A DNA stretch of 64,000 nt from Flavipsychrobacter sp. (GTDB taxonomy: Bacteria; Bacteroidota; Bacteroidia; Chitinophagales; Chitinophagaceae). The position numbers and the translations under genes are program-made. Of the stretch, positions 1 through 9,840 are shown one piece after another (position 1 is the stretch's first letter; each line of letters opens with the position of its first letter). Below the pieces are notes generated by a model. The model had not been told where the DNA came from and ran no database searches. It saw nothing but the letters and a program-made list of their open reading frames with translations. The stretch is from NCBI GenBank assembly GCA_965228505.1, contig OZ245820.1, forward strand, positions 2,681,336 to 2,745,335. Direction: 5' to 3'.

Positions 1-587
1 TTCTTTGTTGAACTTAATAGTAGCATAGTCTGCCAGGCCGACTGATTTGTAAAATGGATAATCTGAACCAAGGAACATATCCAACCCTATAGCCAGTTGG
101 TCACTACCTATAGTAATCGCAGCATGGTTTTGCAATCCTGTGACCATATATATTACTTCAGGCACCTGGTAGTCTTTCAAATAGTACTTAGTGTATCTGA
201 ACCCTTTTGTTAGCTGTTCTTCAATATCTTTTGTTTCAGGATACTTTGCCAATACAGTATCAAATACACCACGGTAGTCTTTATGCGTCATAAAAGCCCT
301 GATACCTTCTTTGATAGCCATTGCAGTATCTGAATAATTGCCCCTGACTCCGAAACCCATTAGCTGATCCAGGTAGAAAGGCAGAAAATCAGGGTACTTC
401 TCTTCTAATTGCTGTAGCTCGGCAGCAAAATTGTTGGTATCAATATTGTACAGATCCTTATCAAAACGTTTGCTGTTGATTGATACATTAATATCCGTTA
501 CGTCAGGGGGAGTATCAGAATCACCTCCACAACCTATCAATGACAGTAATATTACTGGGAATAGTAATACTATATATACATTTCTCA
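1..587 (-). CDS. gldB: gliding-motility lipoprotein GldB-like (3' end cut by window edge)
   Basis: Not in the ORF track because it runs off the left edge. My own reverse-strand translation from ATG at 587 gives MRNVYIVLLFPVILLSLIGCGGDSDTPPDVTDINVSINSKRFDKDLYNIDTNNF..., open to position 1. It has a lipobox (LIGC). The RFD...YPDF...FRYTKYY...LDMFLGSDYPFY pattern matches my memory of the GldB family. Not searched. Confidence 0.5.
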
Positions 588-699
588 TACCACAAAAAGC
601 TTTACATCCGGCAAAATGCCCTTATTTTTACGGGCAAAAATAACATTACTCTTTTATTTGACTAATGATTATCTTATCAGTTATTAACTATATATAGAG

Positions 700-1518
700 A
701 TGAAGCACTTACTAACCATTATTATCTTACTCGCAATCACTACCACAGGCTTTGCACAGTACACTTACGGGGATCCCATACCTGTAAATGACGGGCCAAG
801 CGGCATTAAGAAAACCAGGTTTGGACTGTTCCTTGCACCTAATAGCTCATGGATGAAACCAACATCATCTAAAAGTAACGACGGACTTTATGATGTAAGC
901 AGTTCAGGAGGTATAATCGGATTTACCTGGGGCTTGATGGTAGATCATTTTTTTGCCGAGAACTATGGTATCGCAACAGGAATACAACTCAATACCACTG
1001 GTGGTAATATGACGGCAACCTACGCCGACCCTATACCTACAGGCAATGCAGGCATTAACCTCGTTAAATCTGCCAATATAGATTACAGGCTGCAATATCT
1101 GGAAGTTCCTTTCGGGTTAAAGCTGATGAGTGATAATCTATCAGGTGGTGTGCGTATTTTCGGTAATGTGGGCGTAACTGCTGCTATCAACATTTCTAAA
1201 AAAGGCAATTATGAGATCACATATACCGATACTGTTAGTGGTAATGGTACTATAAGCGATGTAGTACTGACCGGCGATAACGAAAAACTACGTGGAGGAC
1301 TTGCAATTACTCCTATCTTATTCCAAATGAACCTTGGTGGTGGTATAGAATATCAAGCTACAGATAAGATGAGTATTTATGTGGGATTGTTCTTCAATAA
1401 TGGTTTTGCCCCTGATGTAACCAGCCCTAAAGAGCTGAACCTTGATTTTGAAGGGAATTTCTCTGATGGGAATATTCGCTTGAATAATTTAGCATTGAAA
1501 CTGGGTATATTCTTTTAA
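700..1518 (+). CDS. outer-membrane beta-barrel (porin-family) protein
   Basis: 272-aa ORF with signal peptide MKHLLTIIILLAITTTGFAQ. It shows an alternating beta-strand pattern, is Gly/aromatic rich, and ends ...LKLGIFF (terminal Phe typical of OM barrels). Confidence 0.6.
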   Translation: MKHLLTIIILLAITTTGFAQYTYGDPIPVNDGPSGIKKTRFGLFLAPNSSWMKPTSSKSNDGLYDVSSSGGIIGFTWGLMVDHFFAENYGIATGIQLNTTGGNMTATYADPIPTGNAGINLVKSANIDYRLQYLEVPFGLKLMSDNLSGGVRIFGNVGVTAAINISKKGNYEITYTDTVSGNGTISDVVLTGDNEKLRGGLAITPILFQMNLGGGIEYQATDKMSIYVGLFFNNGFAPDVTSPKELNLDFEGNFSDGNIRLNNLALKLGIFF

Positions 1519-1541
1519 AAAATATTTTCAAACATACTCTG

Positions 1542-1570
1542 AGCCTGTACCGCTGGTACAGGCTTTTTCG
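1542..1570 (+). terminator. rho-independent terminator after the OMP gene
   Basis: Stem AGCCTGTACC (1542-1551) pairs with GGTACAGGCT (1555-1564), followed by TTTTT. Confidence 0.6.
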
Positions 1571-1608
1571 TGTAGGAAAGCCGATTGTTAAGTGTAATTT
1601 TGTGCTGT

Positions 1609-3291
1609 ATGAAAATTTTTCTTGCCCAACAGAACTACCATATAGGCAATTTCGAGGCTAATACAGAAAAGATCATAAGCGCTATTAATGAAGCTAAAAA
1701 GCAAGATGGTGACCTGATCGTATTTTCGGAGTTGGCAATATGTGGTTATCCTCCTCGTGATTTTCTTGAATTCAATGATTTTATTGAGCAAAGTCTGCAA
1801 GCGCTCAATAAAGTGAAGGAAGCTGCTGATACCATAGGTGTGATAGTAGGTTGCCCGAGCAGAAATCCGAAGGTAGAAGGCAAAGACCTGTTCAACAGTG
1901 CTTATTTATTGTATGAGCAAGAAGTAAAAGGAGTTGTGAATAAAACCCTGCTTCCTACTTATGATATTTTTGACGAATACCGATACTTTGAGCCGGGATA
2001 CGAGTGGAATGTGTTAGAGTTTAAAGGCAAAAAGCTGGCAGTCACCATTTGCGAGGATATATGGAATCTGGGAGACAATCCTCTTTACCGCGTTTGCCCG
2101 ATGGATATACTAATGGAACAAAAACCTGACCTGATGATCAACATCAGCGCATCTCCTTTTGATTATGCGCAAGCTGAAGAGCGATTAGGCATTGTAAAGA
2201 GAAACGTACAGAAATATCAAATACCAATAGTTTATTGTAATACCACCGGCTCTCAAACAGAGATAGTATTTGACGGAGGTTCGGTTGTAATGGATGCTAA
2301 CCAGAACCTTGTTGCAGAGCTACCGTATTTTAAAGAAGCACTACAATCTGTTGATCTGAATGATGATCATACTCTTCAACAGCCTGTCATCAGGAAAGCA
2401 GATGATATCCCATTTGCTGACCCTATGCCAAAAGACTTTGATAGTTGGCTGGATATACATGAAATATATGACGCACTCGTGTTAGGTATAAAAGACTATT
2501 TTGATAAGCTAGGTTTCCGAAAAGCAATTGTAGCCTCTTCAGGTGGTATTGACAGCGCGGTAACGTTAACACTTGCCTGCCATGCTATAGGCGCTGAAAA
2601 TGTAACTGCATTACTGATGCCTTCACAATTCTCTACATCGCATTCAGTATCCGATGCAGAACAATTGTCAAAAAACCTGAATAACCCTTACCATACCATT
2701 GCGATAAAAGATATATTCGAAACCTTCGACAGCAGTCTTAAGCCTATTTTTAATGATATGCCTTTCGGACTGGCGGAAGAAAATTTACAGTCTCGTATAA
2801 GGGGGACTCTAGTCATGGCCCTTGCTAATAAATTTGGTTACATCTTACTAAATACATCCAACAAAAGTGAACTAGCTACGGGTTACGGCACATTGTACGG
2901 AGATATGGCCGGTGGTTTAGGCGTGCTTGGTGACGTTTATAAAATGCAGGTATATGCTCTAGCTAAATATATTAATAGAAACGAAGAGGTTATCCCTACA
3001 CATATAATTGAAAAAGCTCCTTCAGCTGAGTTGAGGCATGAGCAGAAAGACAGCGACAGTCTGCCAGAATATAATGTACTCGACCCTGTGCTTTACCAGT
3101 ACATTGAACGCAGACAAGGACCAAAGGAAATTATCAAAATGGGATATGATGAAGCCTTGGTAAAAAGGATATTGAAACTGGTGAATATCAATGAATATAA
3201 GCGTAACCAGTTCTGCCCAATTATAAGGGTATCTCCAAAAGCATTTGGTGTTGGGAGAAGAGTGCCGATAGTAGGTAAATATCTATCGTAA
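1609..3291 (+). CDS. nadE: glutamine-dependent NAD+ synthetase
   Basis: N-terminal CN-hydrolase domain (MKIFLAQQNY..., ...VTICEDIW...) and C-terminal NAD synthase domain with SGGIDS PP-loop. The track ORF starts at 1585, but the ATG at 1609 (MKIFLAQ) is the usual family start. Confidence 0.9.
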   Translation: MKIFLAQQNYHIGNFEANTEKIISAINEAKKQDGDLIVFSELAICGYPPRDFLEFNDFIEQSLQALNKVKEAADTIGVIVGCPSRNPKVEGKDLFNSAYLLYEQEVKGVVNKTLLPTYDIFDEYRYFEPGYEWNVLEFKGKKLAVTICEDIWNLGDNPLYRVCPMDILMEQKPDLMINISASPFDYAQAEERLGIVKRNVQKYQIPIVYCNTTGSQTEIVFDGGSVVMDANQNLVAELPYFKEALQSVDLNDDHTLQQPVIRKADDIPFADPMPKDFDSWLDIHEIYDALVLGIKDYFDKLGFRKAIVASSGGIDSAVTLTLACHAIGAENVTALLMPSQFSTSHSVSDAEQLSKNLNNPYHTIAIKDIFETFDSSLKPIFNDMPFGLAEENLQSRIRGTLVMALANKFGYILLNTSNKSELATGYGTLYGDMAGGLGVLGDVYKMQVYALAKYINRNEEVIPTHIIEKAPSAELRHEQKDSDSLPEYNVLDPVLYQYIERRQGPKEIIKMGYDEALVKRILKLVNINEYKRNQFCPIIRVSPKAFGVGRRVPIVGKYLS

Positions 3292-3337
3292 CAAACACAA
3301 CCCTGATAGTACTTGAAGGCTACTAATACATAAAAAA

Positions 3338-3363
3338 AGCAGCAACCTTACGGGGTTGCTGCT
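3338..3363. terminator. bidirectional hairpin terminator between convergent nadE and the 187-aa gene
   Basis: AGCAGCAACC (3338-3347) pairs with GGTTGCTGCT (3354-3363). An A-run lies upstream and T-rich sequence downstream. Confidence 0.6.
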
Positions 3364-3390
3364 TTAATATTAAATCGAGAGAGACAATGC

Positions 3391-3954
3391 TTATTCCTGA
3401 GTAGCTGTGTATACTACATCTACAGCGTAAGTACCTGCAGGGTATGCAAAACCCGGTGTTGCTTTGTACTTGATGCTGAAAGTTTGGTTACCACCACGGT
3501 CTGCTGTAGTGATCAAGTCCTGATCTGAACTTGTCAGAGTTGAATATGATGTAGTAGAGAATGGATTAGCTACTGATCCACCGGTACCGTTAGCAGTTAC
3601 TTTAAGAGCAAGTACTCCGCTTACCGGCATGCTTGGTGCTGGTGTAGTGTTACCTGTATATGTAAAGTTAGCTGCGTTGGTCTTTACTGCTACTGAAAAA
3701 TTCTTGTTTGAACGTACTTTAAGCTCCTGTGCATCAGACTCAACACCGTTAGCATAATGGTTTACTGTAGTGAATGGGATGTTCACATCAGCACCTGTTG
3801 CTGAACTGTTACCAGTAAAGGTAATCTCGATAGCGTTGCTAAGAACTAAGTTAGTAGTCTGAGAAGCTGAAGCGTCTTGGTTAGACTGATTTTGAGCTTT
3901 TGTTGCGAAACTGATACAAGTCAAAATTGTTACGAATAATGCGATCTTTTTCAT
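3391..3954 (-). CDS. secreted Thr/Ser/Asn-rich protein of unknown function (possible surface or fimbrial-like subunit)
   Basis: 187 aa with signal peptide MKKIALFVTILTCISFATKAQ. The composition is beta-rich and low in charge, and it ends ...PAGTYAVDVVYTATQE. I recognise no family. Confidence 0.55.
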   Translation of the reverse strand: MKKIALFVTILTCISFATKAQNQSNQDASASQTTNLVLSNAIEITFTGNSSATGADVNIPFTTVNHYANGVESDAQELKVRSNKNFSVAVKTNAANFTYTGNTTPAPSMPVSGVLALKVTANGTGGSVANPFSTTSYSTLTSSDQDLITTADRGGNQTFSIKYKATPGFAYPAGTYAVDVVYTATQE

Positions 3955-4033
3955 AATTGTTTGTTTTTGTTAATGGTTAATGTTTGATTTTAATTGTTGT
4001 TTGTTTTGTTGTTTTTGTTTGTTTGTCGTTGAT
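3955..4033 (-). promoter_or_regulatory. long A/C-rich (CAAA-type) 5' leader of the 187-aa gene
   Basis: The plus strand is a TTG/TTTG-rich low-complexity tract directly abutting the start codon at 3954. On the coding strand it reads ...CAAACAAACAAAAACAACAAAACAAACAACAATTAAAATCAAAC... Confidence 0.3.
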
Positions 4034-4234
4034 GACAATACAAAGGTGCAACCACAGGTGCACTAGGGACGAATAAATGCGCTTTGTTAACGCCTGATTT
4101 GCAACCCACTAACAAACGGTTAACAAATTTATTTTTACACATAACTGACTATCAACAACTTACCTCTTAATGATGATTTCACTCAATAAAATTGTTAATT
4201 GAATATCTTTAAGTAGGAACAGTAATAATTCAAT

Positions 4235-6040
4235 ATGTTATTGATCAAGAGAGTAGCTACAATACTATTATGTATATGCTCAATACATATTTCTCAAGCA
4301 TCTTTAAAAGACAGTCTTGAGCATATTACTGCAACAGGAGGGGCAAAAGAGCAACTAGCTGCATACAAACAACTTGCAGCATTTACTGAAACTAAAGACT
4401 TTGAACAATCAATAATATATGGCACAAAGGGGCTCACAATAGCCAGAAGCATAGGTGACAGTGTTTCTATAGGTGAACTAAAAAACTTAATAGGTTCAGC
4501 ACAGTATTTTAAGGGCAATTTTGATCTTGCAGCGAATAATTATTACCAAGCCATTGGCATATTTGAAAGACATAATGAGCAACTTCATCTTGCTAATGCT
4601 TTCAATAATCTGGCAAAACTCTACAGAAAAACCAGAGAATTAGACAAAGCAGAGGAATACTATGATAATGCAATGCGCATTTTTAAGGTCATTGGAAATA
4701 AAGGCGGCATGGAGATGATATGGAATGAGTCGGGAGTTGTGTTTGAATACAGAGGTGATTATGAAGAAGCCATTAAAAGATATTCAAAAGCACTTACAAT
4801 AGCCAAAGAAACAGGTAACGAAATTGGCGTAAGTTATGCTTATAACAATCTTGCAGGGTCTTATGCCCTACTGCAAAATTTCGAAACATCGGAAAAATAC
4901 TTGCTGGAAGCTCTTAACGTGAGGAAGAAGCTCAATGACTCTTTCTCACTAGCTATCAACTATAGTGACCTTGGCGCACTTTATGATTCAATGAAGTTGT
5001 ACCCAAAGGCTATTGAAGCAGTTACTGAAAGCAACCATATAGCAAACAAGCTTTCATATCCTGAACTTATAGCTCATAACTACAAGCTGCTATCACATTT
5101 ATATCATCAAAACGGGGAACCGGAAAAAGCATATACAAATTATATACTGTCGGATAATATTTATGACTCACTTTTAAACATTGAAAAATCTGCGCAAATA
5201 GAGGAATTGAACACTAAATACCAGACAGAAAAAAAAGAAAAACAAATAGCCTTACAACAACTTGAGATAAGCCACAGAAACTACATCATTATAGCAATAA
5301 TTCTTATTCTTATATTAGCTGTACTTCTGGCCTACTCTTACTATAACAGATACAAAACAAAACAGGAGCAGAAACTGCAGCAAGAGATAATAAACCAACA
5401 AAAGCTGGCCACACAAGCAGTATTGGAGGCAGAAGAAAAAGAAAGAGCAAGAATAGGGCAAGACTTACACGATGGTGTAGGTCAGATAATCAGTGCAGTG
5501 AAGATCAACCTGTCTACCATACAAAACAGTATTTCATTTCATGATGAAAAAGAAACAGTAAAATTTGAGAATATTCTGAGCCTGGTGGATGAATCTTGTA
5601 AAGAGGTAAGGAGTATTTCTCATACAATGATGCCTAATGCACTATTAAGGTCAGGGTTATCATCGGCTATTCGTGACTTCATTAATAAGATCGACAATAA
5701 TATTATCGAAACGAATTTATATACAGAAGGCCTTGACAAAAGATTAAATACAGATGTAGAAACAATACTATACCGTGTTATTCAAGAATGTGTTAATAAT
5801 GTAATAAAACATGCCAAAGCCAGTCGTCTTGATATATCTATAATAAAAGAAGACCATGAAATAACTGCTACCGTAGAAGATGATGGTATTGGCTTTGATT
5901 CGACCGACACGAATAATACCAAAGGGATAGGTTTAAAAAATATTATAACACGCATCCAATACTTAAAAGGCACAGTAGTGTATGACTCACAACCTGGTAA
6001 AGGAACATTGATAATCATCAACCTACCATATAATAACTGA
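4235..6040 (+). CDS. TPR-repeat sensor histidine kinase (HisKA_3 / NarL-partner type)
   Basis: 601 aa. It has an N-terminal signal, TPR-like repeats, one TM (YIIIAIILILILAVLLAY), a coiled coil, an H-box ERARIGQDLHDGVGQ, and a HATPase_c domain (GIGLKNIITRI...GKGT). Confidence 0.85.
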   Translation: MLLIKRVATILLCICSIHISQASLKDSLEHITATGGAKEQLAAYKQLAAFTETKDFEQSIIYGTKGLTIARSIGDSVSIGELKNLIGSAQYFKGNFDLAANNYYQAIGIFERHNEQLHLANAFNNLAKLYRKTRELDKAEEYYDNAMRIFKVIGNKGGMEMIWNESGVVFEYRGDYEEAIKRYSKALTIAKETGNEIGVSYAYNNLAGSYALLQNFETSEKYLLEALNVRKKLNDSFSLAINYSDLGALYDSMKLYPKAIEAVTESNHIANKLSYPELIAHNYKLLSHLYHQNGEPEKAYTNYILSDNIYDSLLNIEKSAQIEELNTKYQTEKKEKQIALQQLEISHRNYIIIAIILILILAVLLAYSYYNRYKTKQEQKLQQEIINQQKLATQAVLEAEEKERARIGQDLHDGVGQIISAVKINLSTIQNSISFHDEKETVKFENILSLVDESCKEVRSISHTMMPNALLRSGLSSAIRDFINKIDNNIIETNLYTEGLDKRLNTDVETILYRVIQECVNNVIKHAKASRLDISIIKEDHEITATVEDDGIGFDSTDTNNTKGIGLKNIITRIQYLKGTVVYDSQPGKGTLIIINLPYNN

Positions 6041-6048
6041 TAATAATT

Positions 6049-6468
6049 ATGATCAATATACAACTAATCCCTAAAGAGAGCCTTGGCTCAATAATACCAA
6101 TGCTTAGGATATTAGACCCTAATATTCCTGAAAAGATACTTTTTGAACGGCTAGATGCTATGAAAGTAAATAATTATGAGTGTGTAGGAGTGTACGATAA
6201 TAACAAGCTGATAGGTATATCTGGTTTATGGTTTCTCGCAAAATATTATGTCGGCAAGCATGTTGAACCGGACAATGTGATCATTCATCCTGATTATCAA
6301 TCTCAAGGTATAGGAGACCGACTAATGGAATGGATATTTGAATATGCTAAAAGTAAAGGGTGTATAGCATCAGAACTTAACTGCTATGTAAGCAATAAGC
6401 GTGGGGTAAAATTCTGGGAGCGTCATGGCTATAAAACTATCGGATACCATATGCAAAAGAAATTCTAA
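6049..6468 (+). CDS. GNAT family N-acetyltransferase
   Basis: 139 aa with acetyl-CoA motif region HPDYQSQGIGDRLMEWIFEYAKSKG. Confidence 0.8.
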   Translation: MINIQLIPKESLGSIIPMLRILDPNIPEKILFERLDAMKVNNYECVGVYDNNKLIGISGLWFLAKYYVGKHVEPDNVIIHPDYQSQGIGDRLMEWIFEYAKSKGCIASELNCYVSNKRGVKFWERHGYKTIGYHMQKKF

Positions 6469-6493
6469 CCAGATATTTTCTATTCAATTAAAA

Positions 6494-6524
6494 AGCCTCG
6501 TCTCAGTTATACCAAGACGAGGCT
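6494..6524. terminator. bidirectional hairpin terminator
   Basis: AGCCTCGTCT (6494-6503) pairs with AGACGAGGCT (6515-6524), flanked by AAAA and TTTT. It lies between convergent genes. Confidence 0.6.
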
Positions 6525-6556
6525 TTTGTGTATCTATTATTTTTTTCTTCTTAAAA

Positions 6557-9500
6557 TTATCTGATAAGTGTCACTTCACCACGGTATGTTTCTACAGATC
6601 CGTCAGGAGAACCAACTCTTATCAGGTAGCTATATGTACCTATGTTCTGGTCTACTCCTTTCCAGGTTCCGTCCCAGCCTCTACCATTGTCAGTAGTACT
6701 GAATATCTCCTGACCCCAGCGGTTGAACACCCTGAACTCCATTACTTTCTGGAAGGTCAGGTTAGTGATCTTGAACATATCGTTCTTGCCATCACCATTC
6801 GGGCTGAATGCACTTGGAACAAACAGGTTATCTCTGTCGTCTATAGTTACATATAACGTATCGAATGCACGACAACCATTAGCTGAGATACCACCAAGTA
6901 CATAACGTGTGTCTTCAGTAGGCTGTGCGATAGGATAAGAGATGTTCGGATTGTTCAGAGATGATACCGGTGTCCAGTTGTACAGTCTTGCACCTGAAGC
7001 CAGTATCTGGAATGGTTTACCATACTTCACTGTTGTGTCTTCAGTAAGGATACGTACATCAGGTAGTGGTAGCACCTCTATCCTAGCATTCAGAGTATCA
7101 TAACAGAACACGCTGTCTGAAACCACTATTCTGTAGTCGGTAGTCTTAGAAGGTTTAATAGTAGGAGTAGGACACTCAAAGCAACTTACACCTTCGCCAT
7201 CTTTGATGTATTGACCATTATCATACTCATACCACCAGTAGCGCCATCCATTACCCAGACCTTGAATAGGTGTTTCTTCACCAAAACATATAGCGGTATC
7301 TACAGGAGAAATACTGTAGTCATGCTCCGGTACATAAATATCAAGTGTATCGCGCATCAAACAGCCACTACGTCCTATAGTCTGAACAACATATCTGGTA
7401 CTGCCCGGAACGTATCCAAGCGGATTTGCAATAGTACTATCAGATAAGTGTGGTCCTTGACTCCATACTATATCAAATGGTAACGGATCAGCTTCGCAAT
7501 AGCTGAACGTGAACGCCGGGCGTGCTGGCACCGCACTAATATTAGCGCTTTTATCTACTCCACAAATATTCTGTGTAGCACCGTTATCAGCAGCTAATAT
7601 TAAGCCTGAAGTATATGTAGTTGGTACGTACCTAACAACAGGAGGCGAGCTTGAAACGCCACAACCGGTATCTATAGCAGGGTTATCACTGTAACAAATC
7701 TGAACAATGAGGTTTCTGTTCGTATCTATAGTATAAGGTGTAGATAGTTGATATTCATGAACACCATCTTCAAATGTAACAGCAGGAGAATAGTATACTT
7801 CAGTCATACCGAAATTCTCGAAACCGTCACCTGCAACCAGGGAGTCTTTATCAGTACACTTTATAGATATTCTGAAGTTACTGTAAACATGGGTCGTGTT
7901 AGTAGCACCACTTGTCTCCAGACTGATACTACGTATGGTAGAAGAATACATTTTAGCGTTATCGAATTCGTCGTTCCTTATCAGGAATTGCTGTTTTGTA
8001 GACCTTACGGTATTGTACATGATAGGAGCATTCCTACCTATCGTATCTACAACAGTTTTACCAAAAAGTGCAGAACCATAAACAGTAGCCACATCAGGGT
8101 TATTACATAATGTTGGATTTCCTGTACCACAAGGCACGTTATTTTTAGGTGGTCTACCTTCAATGATAGCCTCTAACTGAAGATACCCCGGATTACACAT
8201 AACAAGTGCTTCTTCAGGCTGCCTTGGATTTTTAGGTGTTATTGATACTTTATTCGTTTCATCGATAAACACAACAACAGTATCCTTAGACTTACAAGCA
8301 CCTGTTAGCTGTGGTGCTTCAACGATATAAGATGTTGTAACAGGCGGTAATGCCTTAGGGTTATGTATATTTTCATTAGAGAGATACAACGGGCCTCCTC
8401 CGATAGTAGACCAGTTAATATCTAAATTATCAGTACCTCTGACAAATAGTTGCACCGAATCAGGATTAAGTTCACATATAGGTTTATCCTCGCCGGCATC
8501 TAAACCTAAAACAACTTTTAACTGTAGAACCGTATAGTTTTTAAATACAATAGAGAAACCTGTACCTGAACATGTAGAGTCTTTGGTAGTAATAATAAGC
8601 GTGTGTTCTTTAACATCATTTACAGTTGGTGTCCATGTAAAGTTACCTGTCACACTGTTAGTACCTCCTCCTGTAGTTGTAAACACAGAGCCCGGGATAT
8701 TAGATGTATTGGCCTCCATAAATACAGCACTATTAGGGTTTGATGATACTGATGATATGTCAAAATCAATATTACTACCAGGACATGCTATTAATACATC
8801 CTCATTGTTAATATCAACAATTGAAACATTAGTAAATGTTGTTGGTAATGAGTCAATTGCAGGAGGTGGTGATGCACACTGGAAAACATTCACCTGAACA
8901 TCGCGCATGATATAACCTAGTGGTATACCTGTTCCACGCTCATATTCATCACAACGGAATGCCATAACAAACATACCCTGATTATCAGGAACAAACCTCG
9001 CTGTAGCAGTTACATTATCAAAAGAGAAGTTAGCAGCAGTTGAAGTTAGTGGGTTGGCTATAGTATATGGCGCTGAATATGCTATCGGGTTGTTCTGCCC
9101 TTGTAAAGGCTCCTGTACTACCGTAACCATAGAATCTCCATTAGGATCTAACGGACCATTCAGATAATTAGACGGCTGATTAACACATATATAAGGTAAA
9201 GGTGGCTCAGTAAACCTCGGAGTACTATTATTATATTTTGTCAGGTTATTTAAACCTGCCTCTATATACATACTACCTGTACTTGTAAGATTTATGATAC
9301 TACCATTTCTACAACAACTAGACCACCAAAATCTCCAATCGGTCTGCGCTGAAGGCAAAATCAAAGTATCCTGAAACCTGCTAAGCACATAACCCGGATA
9401 TTGTTGGTTAGTTCGTACGCGGCAGGAGTTGATCGGCTTAAATGAAGCACACAGCTGATCAACCGTATCTCTATCAGGAGAGTTCATTGATATACTGGAA

Positions 9501-9775
9501 CTAAAGCCTGCATTCAATGATTCATAAAATATAGTAGCACTACTTGGCGCACCTGCTGAATTTGACTCACAAGCTCTGTATATATCAAACGTAATGATAT
9601 AAATATACTCTGTAGTACCGGAGCAACCATCTCCACCACCACCGATGTAAGTTAAATTCAAATCAACCGCTGCCAGGTGAGAAGCTACAGCTTTTTTGCT
9701 CACACCAATAGATACTCCTAAGGTGAGGACAAATAATACTAAGCTGTATAATACTCTATATAATTTTAGGTTCAT
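6557..9775 (-). CDS. large secreted adhesin-like protein with T9SS type-B (gliding-motility-associated) C-terminal sorting domain
   Basis: 1072 aa with a signal peptide. The C-terminus ...FVPSAFSPNGDGKNDMFKI...FRVFNRWGQEIF...GWDGTWKG...GTYSYLIRV matches the type-B CTD pattern. It contains repeated Cys-containing Ig-like modules (DTAICFGE...). Confidence 0.85.
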   Translation of the reverse strand: MNLKLYRVLYSLVLFVLTLGVSIGVSKKAVASHLAAVDLNLTYIGGGGDGCSGTTEYIYIITFDIYRACESNSAGAPSSATIFYESLNAGFSSSISMNSPDRDTVDQLCASFKPINSCRVRTNQQYPGYVLSRFQDTLILPSAQTDWRFWWSSCCRNGSIINLTSTGSMYIEAGLNNLTKYNNSTPRFTEPPLPYICVNQPSNYLNGPLDPNGDSMVTVVQEPLQGQNNPIAYSAPYTIANPLTSTAANFSFDNVTATARFVPDNQGMFVMAFRCDEYERGTGIPLGYIMRDVQVNVFQCASPPPAIDSLPTTFTNVSIVDINNEDVLIACPGSNIDFDISSVSSNPNSAVFMEANTSNIPGSVFTTTGGGTNSVTGNFTWTPTVNDVKEHTLIITTKDSTCSGTGFSIVFKNYTVLQLKVVLGLDAGEDKPICELNPDSVQLFVRGTDNLDINWSTIGGGPLYLSNENIHNPKALPPVTTSYIVEAPQLTGACKSKDTVVVFIDETNKVSITPKNPRQPEEALVMCNPGYLQLEAIIEGRPPKNNVPCGTGNPTLCNNPDVATVYGSALFGKTVVDTIGRNAPIMYNTVRSTKQQFLIRNDEFDNAKMYSSTIRSISLETSGATNTTHVYSNFRISIKCTDKDSLVAGDGFENFGMTEVYYSPAVTFEDGVHEYQLSTPYTIDTNRNLIVQICYSDNPAIDTGCGVSSSPPVVRYVPTTYTSGLILAADNGATQNICGVDKSANISAVPARPAFTFSYCEADPLPFDIVWSQGPHLSDSTIANPLGYVPGSTRYVVQTIGRSGCLMRDTLDIYVPEHDYSISPVDTAICFGEETPIQGLGNGWRYWWYEYDNGQYIKDGEGVSCFECPTPTIKPSKTTDYRIVVSDSVFCYDTLNARIEVLPLPDVRILTEDTTVKYGKPFQILASGARLYNWTPVSSLNNPNISYPIAQPTEDTRYVLGGISANGCRAFDTLYVTIDDRDNLFVPSAFSPNGDGKNDMFKITNLTFQKVMEFRVFNRWGQEIFSTTDNGRGWDGTWKGVDQNIGTYSYLIRVGSPDGSVETYRGEVTLIR

Positions 9776-9840
9776 TCCGTCTTTGTTTTATGGACTATAA
9801 TTCTATTCCGTTTATGTATCAACTCTGATACAATAATGTT

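Noticed and set aside
1585-1608. Upstream start codon of nadE given by the ORF track (MLSVILCC...).
   Set aside because: The extension adds a hydrophobic, Cys-rich octapeptide that is not part of the family N-terminus. The ATG at 1609 gives the canonical MKIFLAQQNY start.
3955-4033. Could the TG-rich tract be a phase-variable simple-sequence repeat?
   Set aside because: It has no perfect tandem unit. It mixes TTG, TTTG, TTTTG and TAA-containing pieces. It lies in the 5' leader and not in coding sequence. It is better explained as a low-complexity A/C-rich leader.
6425-6856. 143-aa plus-strand ORF spanning the GNAT gene end, the terminator and the 3' end of the adhesin gene.
   Set aside because: It reads through a strong bidirectional terminator hairpin and overlaps two well-supported genes, so it is implausible as a real gene.
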